Shown one piece after another: positions 21,104-32,205 of a stretch of DNA of 64,000 nt. Each line of letters starts with the position of its first letter. The stretch's first letter is position 1. Made by a program: the position numbers and the translations under genes. The DNA comes from Tidjanibacter sp. Its GTDB lineage: Bacteria > Bacteroidota > Bacteroidia > Bacteroidales > Rikenellaceae. The notes beneath the pieces are model-generated. The model was not told where the DNA came from, ran no database searches, and saw only the letters and a list, made by a program, of their open reading frames with translations. The DNA is taken from positions 29,668 through 93,667 of the forward strand of contig CAVHXY010000007.1 in the NCBI GenBank assembly GCA_963640325.1, read 5' to 3'.

Positions 21104-22036
21104 CTAATTGTATATCGTCCCTGTATTGACCACCGGTTGTGCCGCCTCATCTGCGCACAGCACTACCAGCAAATTGCTGACCATAGCGGCCCTTCTCTCC
21201 TCATCGAGCTCCACAACGCCCTCTTGCGCAAGTTTACCCAATGCCATCTTGACCATCGAAACTGCGCCCTCCACTATCTTTTCACGCGCTGCGATTATCG
21301 CATCGGCCTGCTGACGACGAAGCATCACAGCCGCTATTTCGGGAGCATATGCCAAATAATTGATTCGTGCCTCCACGACTTCCATTCCTGCCAAAGCAAG
21401 CCGCTCATTGAGCGTTGCAACAAGGAACTCATTGATCTCATCTGCGCCCGACCGCAGTGTCACCTCGTCCTCGACATTCGTCTCGTCGTAAGCATATCGG
21501 CCAGCCACCTGACGAAGCGCCGCATCACTCTGCACACGTACAAACTCTTCAAATGCCGACATGCGGGATGCCGCCGTAGCACCTACCGCACCGGCTCCGG
21601 CCATTGTCTGCGAATCTATCTCAAAAAGAGCCTTATAGAGATCCTTTACTTTCCATACCAACACGAGGCCTATCATTATAGGACTACCGCTCTTGTCATT
21701 CACCTTTATAGGCTCCGCATTGAGATTTCTGGCACGCATCGACACGCTTTTTTTGGAATAGAAAGGATTGACCCAATAAAAACCAGTATGAGTAAAATTT
21801 CCCTTGTATTTGCCGAAGAAAACCATCGCCTTCGCCTCATTGGGCTCAAGCATCACAAAACCGCACAGCATCAATACCCATACTACATACAATATCGCTG
21901 CAGCCACTATAAACACCCATGAGGCAGCAGTCAATACAGTGCAAACGACAGCCACACCAAGCACCACAAAACTCAAAGCCAACATCAAGAAGCCATTGGC
22001 CTTAAAACCATCAAACTCAAAATTACCGTTTTCCAT
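21104..22036 (-). CDS. SPFH/band 7 domain protein
   Basis: FFGKYKG, KVNDKSGSPI, LAYAPEIAAVMLRRQQA, MVSNLLVVLC. Confidence 0.93.
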   Translation of the reverse strand: MENGNFEFDGFKANGFLMLALSFVVLGVAVVCTVLTAASWVFIVAAAILYVVWVLMLCGFVMLEPNEAKAMVFFGKYKGNFTHTGFYWVNPFYSKKSVSMRARNLNAEPIKVNDKSGSPIMIGLVLVWKVKDLYKALFEIDSQTMAGAGAVGATAASRMSAFEEFVRVQSDAALRQVAGRYAYDETNVEDEVTLRSGADEINEFLVATLNERLALAGMEVVEARINYLAYAPEIAAVMLRRQQADAIIAAREKIVEGAVSMVKMALGKLAQEGVVELDEERRAAMVSNLLVVLCADEAAQPVVNTGTIYN

Positions 22037-22275
22037 AGCTAATAAATTTAGTTTTTAATATCATTTTGATATCACAAATATATCACAGGAATTTTAAACG
22101 CCCAAATTTTTCTCCTCATTTTTTTGCAGCCATCACATCCATGCCTGCATCGGCACACACTTCCCTCTTATAGAGCCCAACTGCACAAACGAGGCATCCT
22201 CTGCCCGACAAAAAACTCCGGACATGTATTTTTAATTCCGCAAATGTTATTATTTTTGCACCATATAATAAAAAA

Positions 22276-22350
22276 CGAGGTGTAGCGCAGTCCGGTTAGC
22301 GCACCTGCTTTGGGAGCAGGGGGTCCCGAGTTCGAATCTCGGTACCTCGA
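22276..22350 (+). tRNA. tRNA-Pro (TGG)
   Basis: Cloverleaf CGAGGTG..TACCTCG, anticodon loop TTTGGGA, T-loop GTTCGAATC; TATTTTTG promoter at 22251. Confidence 0.96.
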
Positions 22351-22520
22351 CAAACGGGGGCACCCCCACGCACCAAGCCACCTTTAACAGGTGTCTTGGT
22401 TTCATTATAACCATCCCCTAATAGCATAGACGCTGTGGTCTTACTAGTCCACCCGGGGATTTCCCGCTGTCGCATAATTTTATTACTTTTGCATCGGAAC
22501 AACCGTCAACAAGCAGCCAT

Positions 22521-23375
22521 ATGAACTACAAGATATACCACGAGCAAGAACTGCTCAAATTCCTTTTCGAAAGGATGACCGACAAAAGCCGTACTACCGT
22601 AAAATCATTCCTGACACATGGACAGGTCTCCGTCAACGGTTGCGTAACGACTCAGTTCAATGCCATGTTGCAACCAGGCGATGAGGTAAGCATAACGAGC
22701 CAGCGCCAGGAAGCGGTATTCCATCACCCCATGATGCGTATCATATACGAAGATGACTGGATTGTCGTCATTGACAAGCGCAATGGACTGCTTTCGATTG
22801 CCACAGAAAAACAACCTCAGAAAAACGCATATTATATCTTGAGTTCTTACCTTAAGAGCCGGAATCCACAGAACAAGATCTTCATAATCCACCGTCTTGA
22901 CCGTGAGACTTCGGGTCTGATGATGTTCGCCAGAAACGAGCAGACCAAGGAGCGCATGCAACGGCATTGGCAGGAGCTCGTGGCCGACCGTCGCTATGCA
23001 GCTGTCATTGAAGGACATCTTCCAGCCAAGTCGGGCAACATTGAAGCCTGTCTGACCGAGGATGCCAATCACAAGGTATGGGTGACACGCGAAGGTAGTG
23101 GCAAGAAGGCCGTCACACATTACTCTGTACTGAAGACCACACAAGACTACTCTCTCGTGGATCTCAAGCTTGACACCGGGCGCAAGAACCAGATTCGCGC
23201 ACATATGGAGTGGATGAAAACCCCCATTGTCGGCGACAAAAAATACGGAGCCAAGACCAATCCTTTGGAGCGTGTCGCCCTGCATGCATACAAACTCGAC
23301 ATCATCCATCCGGTAACCGGTGAGCGACTCTCCTTCTCAACACACATACCGGTAAATTTCGAAAGCCTGTTTTAG
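22521..23375 (+). CDS. RluA/RluD-family pseudouridine synthase
   Basis: S4-like N-terminus, HRLDRETSG catalytic motif, TGRKNQIRAH, LHA. Confidence 0.94.
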   Translation: MNYKIYHEQELLKFLFERMTDKSRTTVKSFLTHGQVSVNGCVTTQFNAMLQPGDEVSITSQRQEAVFHHPMMRIIYEDDWIVVIDKRNGLLSIATEKQPQKNAYYILSSYLKSRNPQNKIFIIHRLDRETSGLMMFARNEQTKERMQRHWQELVADRRYAAVIEGHLPAKSGNIEACLTEDANHKVWVTREGSGKKAVTHYSVLKTTQDYSLVDLKLDTGRKNQIRAHMEWMKTPIVGDKKYGAKTNPLERVALHAYKLDIIHPVTGERLSFSTHIPVNFESLF

Positions 23376-23572
23376 ACAGAGACGCGGCCTGTCTGACACA
23401 CAGACAGAACATATAATACACAGCATAAACAGGCGAGTCTTCCATGTTCCATGCCACACATGCTCCAAATAGATCTTATCTCAAATCCTTTTCAGAATAT
23501 CGGATGCAACATTTCGCCCGCCCATTGCATCAATTCATATGTAAAAGAAACAATAAAAACACCCACTACAAT

Positions 23573-24322
23573 ATGAAAAAGAGTTTAAGACTAGTCACCA
23601 TTGTTCTGGCCACAACCTTTATGCTCTGTGCCTGTGAGGATGACAAGAACTACGCCACCCTCAGCCAGACATATGGCGAGATAACCGACGTTGCCACTGA
23701 CGGGCAATACACGATCTTGTCGGATCTCAACAACACTCTTGTTGCAATCAATTCGGTCAAGCCGTCATTCGAACTTGAGAAAGGCCAACGTGTTTATGCT
23801 CAAATAGGCATAGAGAACGACAATGGGACTGAGAAGCTTGTAAATGTTTATTACATAACGAAGATTCTGACCAAGGCACCCATTTATTTTTCGGAAATGA
23901 CCGCTGCCGAACAAGAAGAGGTGGGCAATACCCCGATTGATGTGGTTGATGCTTGGTTCAGTTGCGGCAAGTATCTCAATATCAAGTTTGCCGTACTTAG
24001 AAACGACAGTGACACATCGCATTTCATCAACCTGAAAGTGGACGAAGAAAACTCCACTGCAGAGAGGGTTGTCGTGGAATTCAGACACAACGACTACAAC
24101 GAGACCCGGCTGTATCGCGCTTATGGCCTCGTCTCATTCGACATCAGCAAGCTTGTACCAGCCGGACAGGATTCTGTCATGATTGAAATCCACTGGACCG
24201 ACTACAACGATACACCGACGAGTGTTGACGGCAAATTCTCTTTAACAGAGAGCGCAGAGCATACAATCTGCCATAGTGGCGAAGTAATCACCAGTGACAC
24301 CTATACAAACAAAGACAAATAG
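23573..24322 (+). CDS. NigD-like lipoprotein
   Basis: Lipoprotein signal (..FMLCAC-EDD), GQRV, HFINL, EFRHN, VSFDIS. Confidence 0.75.
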   Translation: MKKSLRLVTIVLATTFMLCACEDDKNYATLSQTYGEITDVATDGQYTILSDLNNTLVAINSVKPSFELEKGQRVYAQIGIENDNGTEKLVNVYYITKILTKAPIYFSEMTAAEQEEVGNTPIDVVDAWFSCGKYLNIKFAVLRNDSDTSHFINLKVDEENSTAERVVVEFRHNDYNETRLYRAYGLVSFDISKLVPAGQDSVMIEIHWTDYNDTPTSVDGKFSLTESAEHTICHSGEVITSDTYTNKDK

Positions 24323-24497
24323 GCATCTGACACATCCGATTATGATAGAACACGAACGGCCGGCGCATTGAGTACCGGTCGTTTTTCTTGTCAAACTATC
24401 GATGGGAATCGCCATAAAAAATTCCGACAATTAAATTTCCGCAGCCAAAAAGATAGTTTCAAAAATAATAATTACTATATTTGCACTCGCAAATGTT

Positions 24498-24572
24498 CGG
24501 GATGTAGCACAGTCCGGTTAGCGCGCCAGCTTCGGGAGTTGGAGGTCGCTGGTTCGAATCCAGTCATCCCGA
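24498..24572 (+). tRNA. tRNA-Pro (CGG)
   Basis: CGGGATG..CATCCCG acceptor stem, anticodon loop TTCGGGA, T-loop GTTCGAATC. Confidence 0.95.
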
Positions 24573-24573
24573 C

Positions 24574-24607
24574 AAAAAGGCAATCCGCAATGCGGATTGC
24601 CTTTTTT
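24574..24607. terminator. Bidirectional terminator (tRNA-Pro / GDSL esterase)
   Basis: AAAAAGGCAATCCGCA-A-TGCGGATTGCCTTTTTT. Confidence 0.85.
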
Positions 24608-24624
24608 CTTTGATAGCGTACCTG

Positions 24625-25281
24625 CTATTTCGTACCCATTATTGCCCTATAGGCCTCGGCAGCAAGCAACACTGCACCCTGTGCACTCGGATGAATATTA
24701 TCGGGGAAGAGCGGATTTACGCCACGGGTAGCCGTATGCATGTCTATCACGTCTACAGCCTTCTCCTTGGCAACCTTACCTATAATAGGTATTACGTCAT
24801 TCACTATTGTGCTGTCATTAATGCCCCACTTTATCTCGTATGCAGTAGCCGGGTAGCAAACAAATATCTTAGGCGAAGATGGCAACTTCTCGAATGCCTC
24901 TATCATGGTCTTGAGATCACCGGCAAACTCATCACGATAGGCCCAGTTCTGAGGTTTGGAGTCATTGGTACCGAACTTTATTATAACAAAGTCGGGATTG
25001 AAGGTCAATGCATCCCGGAACATCTGTTCCTTCATATATGGATGATCGCCCTTATTGAGCAGAGTCCGTGCCCCGAAGCCAAAATTCACAACCTCATAAC
25101 CATCACCCAGCATACTCCCCAGTACAGCGGGATAGGCATCAGTAGTATTCCCTCGTGTAATACTGTCTCCGACACACGCCACTCGGATTTTTGAATTGTT
25201 CTTCTCTTGCGCAAAAGCTGCCGTCGTCGCAATGCCACACAACACTATGGCCACAATCATTTTTACTGACAAGTTTTTCAT
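24625..25281 (-). CDS. SGNH/GDSL-family esterase, secreted
   Basis: Signal peptide, CVGDSIT, GTNDSKP, DNIHP. Confidence 0.9.
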   Translation of the reverse strand: MKNLSVKMIVAIVLCGIATTAAFAQEKNNSKIRVACVGDSITRGNTTDAYPAVLGSMLGDGYEVVNFGFGARTLLNKGDHPYMKEQMFRDALTFNPDFVIIKFGTNDSKPQNWAYRDEFAGDLKTMIEAFEKLPSSPKIFVCYPATAYEIKWGINDSTIVNDVIPIIGKVAKEKAVDVIDMHTATRGVNPLFPDNIHPSAQGAVLLAAEAYRAIMGTK

Positions 25282-25365
25282 AATCTCAAGGATATTAAAG
25301 GCGGTTCAACCATAACAATCGAACCGCCCGAATTATTATTATTTATTGTAGTCCGTATTTTCGCC

Positions 25366-27210
25366 CTACTCCAGCACGATTATCGGCGCCTCGGCAGCAA
25401 CTTCTTCGCCCTCTGCGACAAGCAGCTCCTTCACCACTCCGTTAAACTCGGTGGGAATGTGGTTTTGCATGCCGAGAGCATCCATAATGGCAACTTCCTG
25501 CCCACGTTTTACAGTGTCGCCCGGCTTAACCGCATACTTGAGCATCGTACCGCCCACAGGCACATACACTGCATTGCCTTCTATTTTTATGGCCGGCTTC
25601 TTCTTTGCCTCCTCTTCGGCAGCACGTTTAGCCAACTCTGCTTCCCACAACGCACGTTTCTTCTTCGTAAGAAAATCCTTGGCAACCTGCGGGAAAAGTT
25701 CAAGCAACAGCTCTTCCTTCTCGTTCTCGGCCAATTTCACACCACCACAGTCCTCCAACACAGGATTGGGTTGCATCTTGTATTTGCTCGTATCATAGGG
25801 GGTTTCCTCTCTGACACCGGCTATTTTCAAGCGGAACTCCGGATCAACCTTCACAGGAGTCTTTCCGTACTCACCTTTCACAAGATTAACAAACTGGTTC
25901 GAAGTATTGGCATATTTGGGCTTACCGTTACTGAGGCTTATCGCACAATTGACAGCCTGGGCACCCACGATCTGGCTTGTGGGGGTAACCAACGGAGGCA
26001 GACCTGCAGCCAAACGAACCGAAGGGATAAGTTTCATTGCAGGCTCCAGCAGGTTTTCGCACTTGAGCGCTTTGAGCTGGGCCACCATATTGGTATACAT
26101 ACCACCGGGGATCTCTGCCTTCTGCACCAATTCATTAGGTGCCGGGAAGTTGAAATAGGCCTCAATCTTGTGGCATGCTGCTATCAATGTAGCCTCATCA
26201 ACCTCCATTGCAGCCTTTACAGCACGGTCGAACTCTGCTTCTATCTCGGCGGGCAGTTTGTCAGTCATGGGATCAAACGGTTTCGGAAATTGTTTTACTG
26301 CATCGTATGCATCCAACTCCTTGCGTATGCCATAGAGTTCCTCGTTGATTTTGTGCACGGCAGCCATATCAATATCAAGGCCAACGCCCATCTTCTGGCA
26401 GAAGATATACACAAGCTCTATCGCAGGAGCAGCAGGACCACCGGCAAAGTTCCAGATATTGGTATCCACAATATCCACTCCGGCCGCAATTGCCGAAATC
26501 ACCGAAGCAAGGCCGTATCCAGGTGTACAGTGCGTATGGAAATCAATGGGAATCGAAACGGTTGCCTTGATTTTCCTTATCAAGTCATAGACCCTCTTGG
26601 GAGGAATCAGACCGCTCATATCCTTTATGGTAATCATGTCCGCGCCCAAAGCAGCCATCTGCTTGGCCTTGTTCACGAAATAATCGTCCGTAAATACGGG
26701 CTCAGGATTCTTCTTACCCCTCAGTTTGTCCCAGAAGCCAAGCTCCGGATACTTGGGGTCAATCGTGTAACAAACGGCACAATCGGCAATACCACCGTAC
26801 TTCTTAACGTATTTGATGGTTGATTTTACATTGTCAACATCATTGAGCGCATCGAAGATACGCATGATACCAAGGCCCGATTCTATCGCATTACGGCAAA
26901 ATCCCTCAATGATTTCATCCGTATAAGGGGCATAGCCGAACAGGTTTCTGCCTCGTGAAAGCGCCGTGAGCTTCGAAACATCGCCCACAGCCTCATGAAT
27001 CGTTTCAAGTCTTGTCCAGGGATTCTCCCCAAGGAATCTCATTACCGAGTCAGGAACCGCACCTCCCCACACTTCCATTGCGTAGAACTTTGCGTCCTTG
27101 TAGAACGGAAGTACTCTGTTGATCTGCTCTTGTCTCATTCGAGTAGCAAATGCGGACTGTTGTCCGTCTCTCAGAGTCAAGTCTCTAATCTTAAGTTTTC
27201 TTTCTGACAT
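25366..27210 (-). CDS. Oxaloacetate decarboxylase alpha / pyruvate carboxylase B-like carboxyltransferase with degenerate biotinyl domain
   Basis: LRDGQQS, EVWGGA, IKDMSG, HTHCT, PGGMYTN, LVTPTSQIVG; C-terminal biotinyl/lipoyl-like fold. Confidence 0.88.
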   Translation of the reverse strand: MSERKLKIRDLTLRDGQQSAFATRMRQEQINRVLPFYKDAKFYAMEVWGGAVPDSVMRFLGENPWTRLETIHEAVGDVSKLTALSRGRNLFGYAPYTDEIIEGFCRNAIESGLGIMRIFDALNDVDNVKSTIKYVKKYGGIADCAVCYTIDPKYPELGFWDKLRGKKNPEPVFTDDYFVNKAKQMAALGADMITIKDMSGLIPPKRVYDLIRKIKATVSIPIDFHTHCTPGYGLASVISAIAAGVDIVDTNIWNFAGGPAAPAIELVYIFCQKMGVGLDIDMAAVHKINEELYGIRKELDAYDAVKQFPKPFDPMTDKLPAEIEAEFDRAVKAAMEVDEATLIAACHKIEAYFNFPAPNELVQKAEIPGGMYTNMVAQLKALKCENLLEPAMKLIPSVRLAAGLPPLVTPTSQIVGAQAVNCAISLSNGKPKYANTSNQFVNLVKGEYGKTPVKVDPEFRLKIAGVREETPYDTSKYKMQPNPVLEDCGGVKLAENEKEELLLELFPQVAKDFLTKKKRALWEAELAKRAAEEEAKKKPAIKIEGNAVYVPVGGTMLKYAVKPGDTVKRGQEVAIMDALGMQNHIPTEFNGVVKELLVAEGEEVAAEAPIIVLE

Positions 27211-27329
27211 ACCTAGTGTTCTTATCTGTTTATTTACTAACTATCCTTTCCCTACAAAAATACGAATTGTTTTCGTTCTTCTCAAAAACTATTTATAAAA
27301 TTTATTCAAAATTAACTTTCCCAAGACAT

Positions 27330-30182
27330 TCATTTGTCCGTTCGAACATTAATTTTCATCATTTCAGCCAAATATTGCCCCGTGTAGCCACGTTTTCGGG
27401 AAGCTATTTCTTCGGGAGTTCCTGTATCAACCACCTCGCCTCCGGATTCGCCCCCCTCCGGCCCCATGTCTATCACATAGTCGGCATATTTCACTACATC
27501 CAGATTGTGCTCAATGACTATAATCGAATTGCCCTTGTCTGCCAATTTGTCCAACACGGCAAGCAGTTGCCGTATATCTTCAAAATGCAGCCCGGTAGTG
27601 GGTTCATCGAATATATAGAGAGTCTTGCCGGTGTCCCGCTTGGCCAATTCGCCCGCAAGTTTTATGCGCTGGCACTCGCCTCCTGAGAGAGTCGTGCAGG
27701 GCTGTCCCAACTTCAAGTAACCGAGACCCACGCTCTGCACCGCATGCAATTTGGTGTAAATCGATGGGATGTTGGCAAAGAACTCCGTGGCATCATCTAT
27801 GGTCATGTTCAGCACATCATAGATATTCTTCCCCTTGTACTTCACCTCCAAAGTCTCGCGGTTGTAGCGTTTTCCATTGCAGCTGCGGCATGTAACGTAC
27901 ACATCGGGCAGAAAATTCATCTCTATGGTCTGGACACCCGCTCCATGACAGGCCTCGCAGTGTCCCCCTTTTACATTAAAAGAGAACCTACCTGCCTTGT
28001 AACCTCTAATCTGTGCATCGGGAGTCATCTCAAACAGTTTTCTTATATCGGCAAACACGCCTGTATATGTCGCGGGATTGCTACGCGGTGACCGGCCTAT
28101 CGGCGACTGATCCACCACCACCATTTTGTCAATGTTCTCCATGCCTTCTATGGAGTCATACTCCAGAGGTCGGCTGTACGAGCGGTACAATTCCCGGCTC
28201 AAAGCCAGACGCAGCGTCTCGTTCACAAGCGTAGACTTGCCGCTTCCGCTCACTCCTGTCACGCACACCATTTTGCCAAGCGGAAACTCAACGGTGATAT
28301 TCTTCAGATTGTTTCCCCGCGCACCACGGACCACGATTGACTTGCCGTTGCCCTTACGTCTTTGGGCAGGAATCTCTATTTTTCGCTGACCGTTCAGATA
28401 ATCGGCAGTAAGCGAACCGCTTTTGAGTACCTCGTCGAATGTTCCGGCAGCCACCACATTGCCACCGCTCACGCCTGCCCCGGGACCGATATCCACAATA
28501 TAGTCGGCATTGCGCATCATCTCCTCGTCGTGCTCGACAACAATCACCGAATTGCCAATATCGCGCAATCGGTGCAGCCCCCTAATCAGTCGCACATTAT
28601 CCCTTTGGTGCAAACCGATGCTCGGTTCATCGAGAATATAGAGCACATTCACCAGTTTCGACCCTATCTGCGTGGCAAGCCTTATGCGTTGGCTTTCGCC
28701 GCCCGACAGCGAACGAGACGAACGGTTAAGCGTCAAATAACCGAGTCCCACATCTGTCAGAAAGCCGAGCCGTTCATTTATTTCCTTCAGAATTTCACTG
28801 GCAATAAGACGCTCCTTGTCGCTCAATTTCTCCGGCAATGCTTTCACCCATTCAGCCAGGCGATTGATACTCATAGAAGAGACATCCGCTATATTCAACC
28901 CATTTATCTTGAACTGCAATGCCTCTTTTTTCAAGCGCGTACCACCGCACTCACTGCACGGACGCGTATTCACAAACTGCTCCAGCCACTTGCCGGCTTT
29001 CTTACTTGAATTGGCAGCGAATTCATCCTGTTGTTGAATGTACTCTGCCACCCCCTCCCAGGCTATCATCCGATTGTATGTCACGCCCGAAATCTCGTGC
29101 ATGTCTACCGTGAGCGGTTCGGCTTCTCCATACAGCAATGCCGACAATGCCTCTTCGGAGAGCGATTCGACAGGCTCGTCAAGCGAGAATCCGTAACGAC
29201 GCCCGAGTGCCTCCAATTGCGCATCCAACATTTTGTCCTTGTAGTACGACAGAGGCTCTATTGCCCCATTCCGTATGCTTTTGGATTTGTCCGGTACAAT
29301 CTTGTCCATATCGAATACCGTCTCTTCGCCCAAACCGTTGCAGTGCGGACACGCCCCTTGCGGAGAGTTGAACGAAAAAGTATGTGGTGCCGGGTCATTG
29401 AATGACACTCCCGTCATGGGACACATCAGGTGACGGCTGTAGAACTTCACTTCTCCATTGTCGTACTCATACACAGCTATCGTACCTTTGCCTTGTCGCA
29501 TCGCCTCGCGCAAGCTCGTGAGAAGACGCTCGTCCACCCCTTCCTCTATTACCAAGCGGTCTATTACGAGCTCGATATTGTGTGTCTTGTAACGATCCAG
29601 CCGCATCCCCCGCGACATCTCCTCTATATTACCGTCTATGCGGACATAGAGGTACCCCTTCTTTATGAACCCCTCGAAGAGTTCTCGGTAGTGTCCTTTG
29701 CGACCGCGCACCACCGGAGACAGGAGTGCCACTCGTTTGCCTGCATAACGTTCCTTTATCAGCCCGATTATCTGTGTGTCGGTAAAATGGACCATTTCCT
29801 CACCAGTCATGGGAGAATAGGCCCTCGACGCACGGGCATAAAGCAGACGCAGGAAATCGTATATTTCCGTAACTGTACCCACCGTCGAACGCGGATTCCG
29901 GTTGGTGGTTTTCTGCTCGATAGCCACCACTGGGCTCAGACCGTCTATTTTGTCCACATCGGGACGCTCCATGCTGCCGATAAACTGCCGTGCATATGCC
30001 GACAATGTATCCATATATCGCCGCTGCCCCTCCGCATAAATGGTGTCGAATGCCAATGAAGACTTTCCCGAGCCCGACAAACCGGTTATCACCACAAGCT
30101 TGTCGCGCGGAATCTCCAGGTCAATATTCTTTAGATTGTTGACCCTGGCCCCTGTTATTATTATCGAATTGTTGTTATTCAA
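27330..30182 (-). CDS. uvrA: Excinuclease ABC subunit A
   Basis: [15 protein letters not shown], two ABC cassettes, LSGGE, zinc fingers; TTG start overlaps the upstream stop. Confidence 0.97.
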   Translation of the reverse strand: MNNNNSIIITGARVNNLKNIDLEIPRDKLVVITGLSGSGKSSLAFDTIYAEGQRRYMDTLSAYARQFIGSMERPDVDKIDGLSPVVAIEQKTTNRNPRSTVGTVTEIYDFLRLLYARASRAYSPMTGEEMVHFTDTQIIGLIKERYAGKRVALLSPVVRGRKGHYRELFEGFIKKGYLYVRIDGNIEEMSRGMRLDRYKTHNIELVIDRLVIEEGVDERLLTSLREAMRQGKGTIAVYEYDNGEVKFYSRHLMCPMTGVSFNDPAPHTFSFNSPQGACPHCNGLGEETVFDMDKIVPDKSKSIRNGAIEPLSYYKDKMLDAQLEALGRRYGFSLDEPVESLSEEALSALLYGEAEPLTVDMHEISGVTYNRMIAWEGVAEYIQQQDEFAANSSKKAGKWLEQFVNTRPCSECGGTRLKKEALQFKINGLNIADVSSMSINRLAEWVKALPEKLSDKERLIASEILKEINERLGFLTDVGLGYLTLNRSSRSLSGGESQRIRLATQIGSKLVNVLYILDEPSIGLHQRDNVRLIRGLHRLRDIGNSVIVVEHDEEMMRNADYIVDIGPGAGVSGGNVVAAGTFDEVLKSGSLTADYLNGQRKIEIPAQRRKGNGKSIVVRGARGNNLKNITVEFPLGKMVCVTGVSGSGKSTLVNETLRLALSRELYRSYSRPLEYDSIEGMENIDKMVVVDQSPIGRSPRSNPATYTGVFADIRKLFEMTPDAQIRGYKAGRFSFNVKGGHCEACHGAGVQTIEMNFLPDVYVTCRSCNGKRYNRETLEVKYKGKNIYDVLNMTIDDATEFFANIPSIYTKLHAVQSVGLGYLKLGQPCTTLSGGECQRIKLAGELAKRDTGKTLYIFDEPTTGLHFEDIRQLLAVLDKLADKGNSIIVIEHNLDVVKYADYVIDMGPEGGESGGEVVDTGTPEEIASRKRGYTGQYLAEMMKINVRTDK

Positions 30183-31117
30183 CGTTTTCTAAAATTTTCA
30201 TCCGGTATTCTCACCACGAAACGATATCCTCTGGTGTTTTTGTATGTATAGTCGCGTATCCAGTTGTTCAACGCACGCAACATTTTGTACGTCGTACCAT
30301 TCTCTGCCGCCACTGTTGCCCAGTTGATATCTGTGCCACCAACCTCTATCTCCCGCCAACCGCTCAATGGACGGTAATAATCGCCGTGGCTTATGCGATA
30401 GCCGTATTTCTCCGGACCGTTCTCAATCAGTTCCTTGAATGACAGGATTCTGAATATGTATCTACGGGTCTCCAAGGGGAAATATGCATCGTAATAAAGG
30501 TCTTCGTTGTTCTGTTGTTCCAGCCGCCTTGCCACACCGGCCGCACCGAGGTTGTAGGCAGCCGCAGCCATGGTCCATGAGCCGAATTTGGCGTATAGTT
30601 CCTTCAGCATTTCGCATGCAGCCACCGTCGCTTTCTCTATGTTGTAGCGCTCATCTATGCCAGAATCAACCACAAGTCCATAGCTCTTGGCTGTCGCAGA
30701 CATAAACTGCCACAGTCCCCCTGCCCCGGCTGCTGACACGGCATCCTCATCCAGCCCGCTTTCAACGCAGCACAGATACTTGAAGTCATTGGGGATATCA
30801 TACTCTTTCAGAATTGGTTCTATGATATGAAAGTAGCGTTTGGTCTTCAATAGCGTGAGCGACGTTTTGGAATGCATGTATATCGTAACCAGCATCTCGC
30901 GCTGAAAGCTCTCGGCCACATCGTTATACTCCAACGGCACCCGCTCTCCCGCAAATGACATCTGCCGTGGTACTGATGGAATCCTCACCTCGGCAAAATC
31001 ATGGTTTTGGTTTTTCAACAATTCATAGGCACTGCGCTGTGCACTGCACATTGCGGCCATAAGCAGGAACAGGATGCTCAAAACAGACTCTCTCATAACC
31101 ACCAACTCTTTACTCAT
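30179..31117 (-). CDS. Lytic transglycosylase (SLT/MltD-like)
   Basis: [25 protein letters not shown]. Start uncertain (31117 or 31096). Confidence 0.9.
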   Translation of the reverse strand: MSKELVVMRESVLSILFLLMAAMCSAQRSAYELLKNQNHDFAEVRIPSVPRQMSFAGERVPLEYNDVAESFQREMLVTIYMHSKTSLTLLKTKRYFHIIEPILKEYDIPNDFKYLCCVESGLDEDAVSAAGAGGLWQFMSATAKSYGLVVDSGIDERYNIEKATVAACEMLKELYAKFGSWTMAAAAYNLGAAGVARRLEQQNNEDLYYDAYFPLETRRYIFRILSFKELIENGPEKYGYRISHGDYYRPLSGWREIEVGGTDINWATVAAENGTTYKMLRALNNWIRDYTYKNTRGYRFVVRIPDENFRKR

Positions 31118-31359
31118 TGCCCGCCATTCGGCAAAACATGTTGCAAATTTAATGAATTGTATTGAACTTTCTCTGCCCTTGAGGCGCAATTTTAATCTCT
31201 GTTACATCCTTGTTTCCCATAGAATGCATGACTCACTCCATTCCACTAATTTCCGGGACATATCATCTTGCATCCGTCTTTATTGCGATGCATCAAAATT
31301 CATCTTCCACGGCAAAATCGCACAAAAATGACTATTTTTGTAAAAACAATTCCACTCAC

Positions 31360-32205
31360 ATGCTGACAGCCGGATATTACCACACTCTCAAAATAGCCCG
31401 CGTCTCCGAATTCGGTCTTTACCTCGCCGATGAGGAGGGCGAGGAAGTACTCTTGCCCAACCGTTACGTGTCACTCAACGACAAAGAGGGAGACAAAACA
31501 ACTGTTTTCGTCTACCACGACTCTGAGAGCCGTCTTGTTGCCACCACCGAGAAACCTCTCGCCACAGTGGGACAGGCAGCCTACCTGACGGTCGTGGACA
31601 AAAATATGTATGGACATTTCCTTGACTGGGGGCTTTCGGCCAAACATCTGTTCGTTCCCAACAGCAACCAGAACGAGCGCATGGAGATAGGCCGCAAATA
31701 CACAGTATACCTTTACAACGACAACATCACAGGTCGAGTCACCGCTACAGCCCGGCTCAACGGTTACATCAACAACAATGAAATAAGCGTACGCTCCGGA
31801 CAACAGGTCGAATTGCTCGTTGCCCGACGGCTCGAAAGAGGTTATAGGGTAATCATCGACAACCGCCATTGGGGCATGATTTACGACGACCAGATTTTCC
31901 GGCCGGTATCCGTCGGCTCTCACCTTACAGGCTACATAACGAAAATAACCGATGACAAACGCATTGATGTTTCGCTGACCCAAACAGGATTCGATGAGGT
32001 GGTTGTGTCATCACAGCAACTCACAGAAGCCTTGCGCAAAAATGATGGTAAGATAAACCTCAATGACAGCTCATCGCCAGAAGAGATTAAGGCACAGCTG
32101 CAAATGAGCAAGAAATGTTTCAAGCGGGCTGTAGGACACCTTTTGAAGGCAGGCAAAATCGCGATGGACGACAACGGCATAAAACTCACCGCTGACCATG
32201 AATAA
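31360..32205 (+). CDS. S1-like domain RNA-binding protein (CvfB family)
   Basis: FGLYL..EVLLP, VFVYHDSESRLVAT, FLDWGL, MSKKCFKRAVGHL. Confidence 0.9.
   Translation: MLTAGYYHTLKIARVSEFGLYLADEEGEEVLLPNRYVSLNDKEGDKTTVFVYHDSESRLVATTEKPLATVGQAAYLTVVDKNMYGHFLDWGLSAKHLFVPNSNQNERMEIGRKYTVYLYNDNITGRVTATARLNGYINNNEISVRSGQQVELLVARRLERGYRVIIDNRHWGMIYDDQIFRPVSVGSHLTGYITKITDDKRIDVSLTQTGFDEVVVSSQQLTEALRKNDGKINLNDSSSPEEIKAQLQMSKKCFKRAVGHLLKAGKIAMDDNGIKLTADHE

Noticed and set aside
22351..22470. GC-rich stretch after tRNA-Pro as a riboswitch or ncRNA
   Set aside because: No recognisable aptamer consensus or convincing fold by eye; needs an Infernal search.
22276..24572. Two tRNA-Pro genes flanking rluA/nigD as an integrated island
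   Set aside because: Both are full-length different isoacceptors with their own promoters; no duplicated 3' end and no mobility genes.
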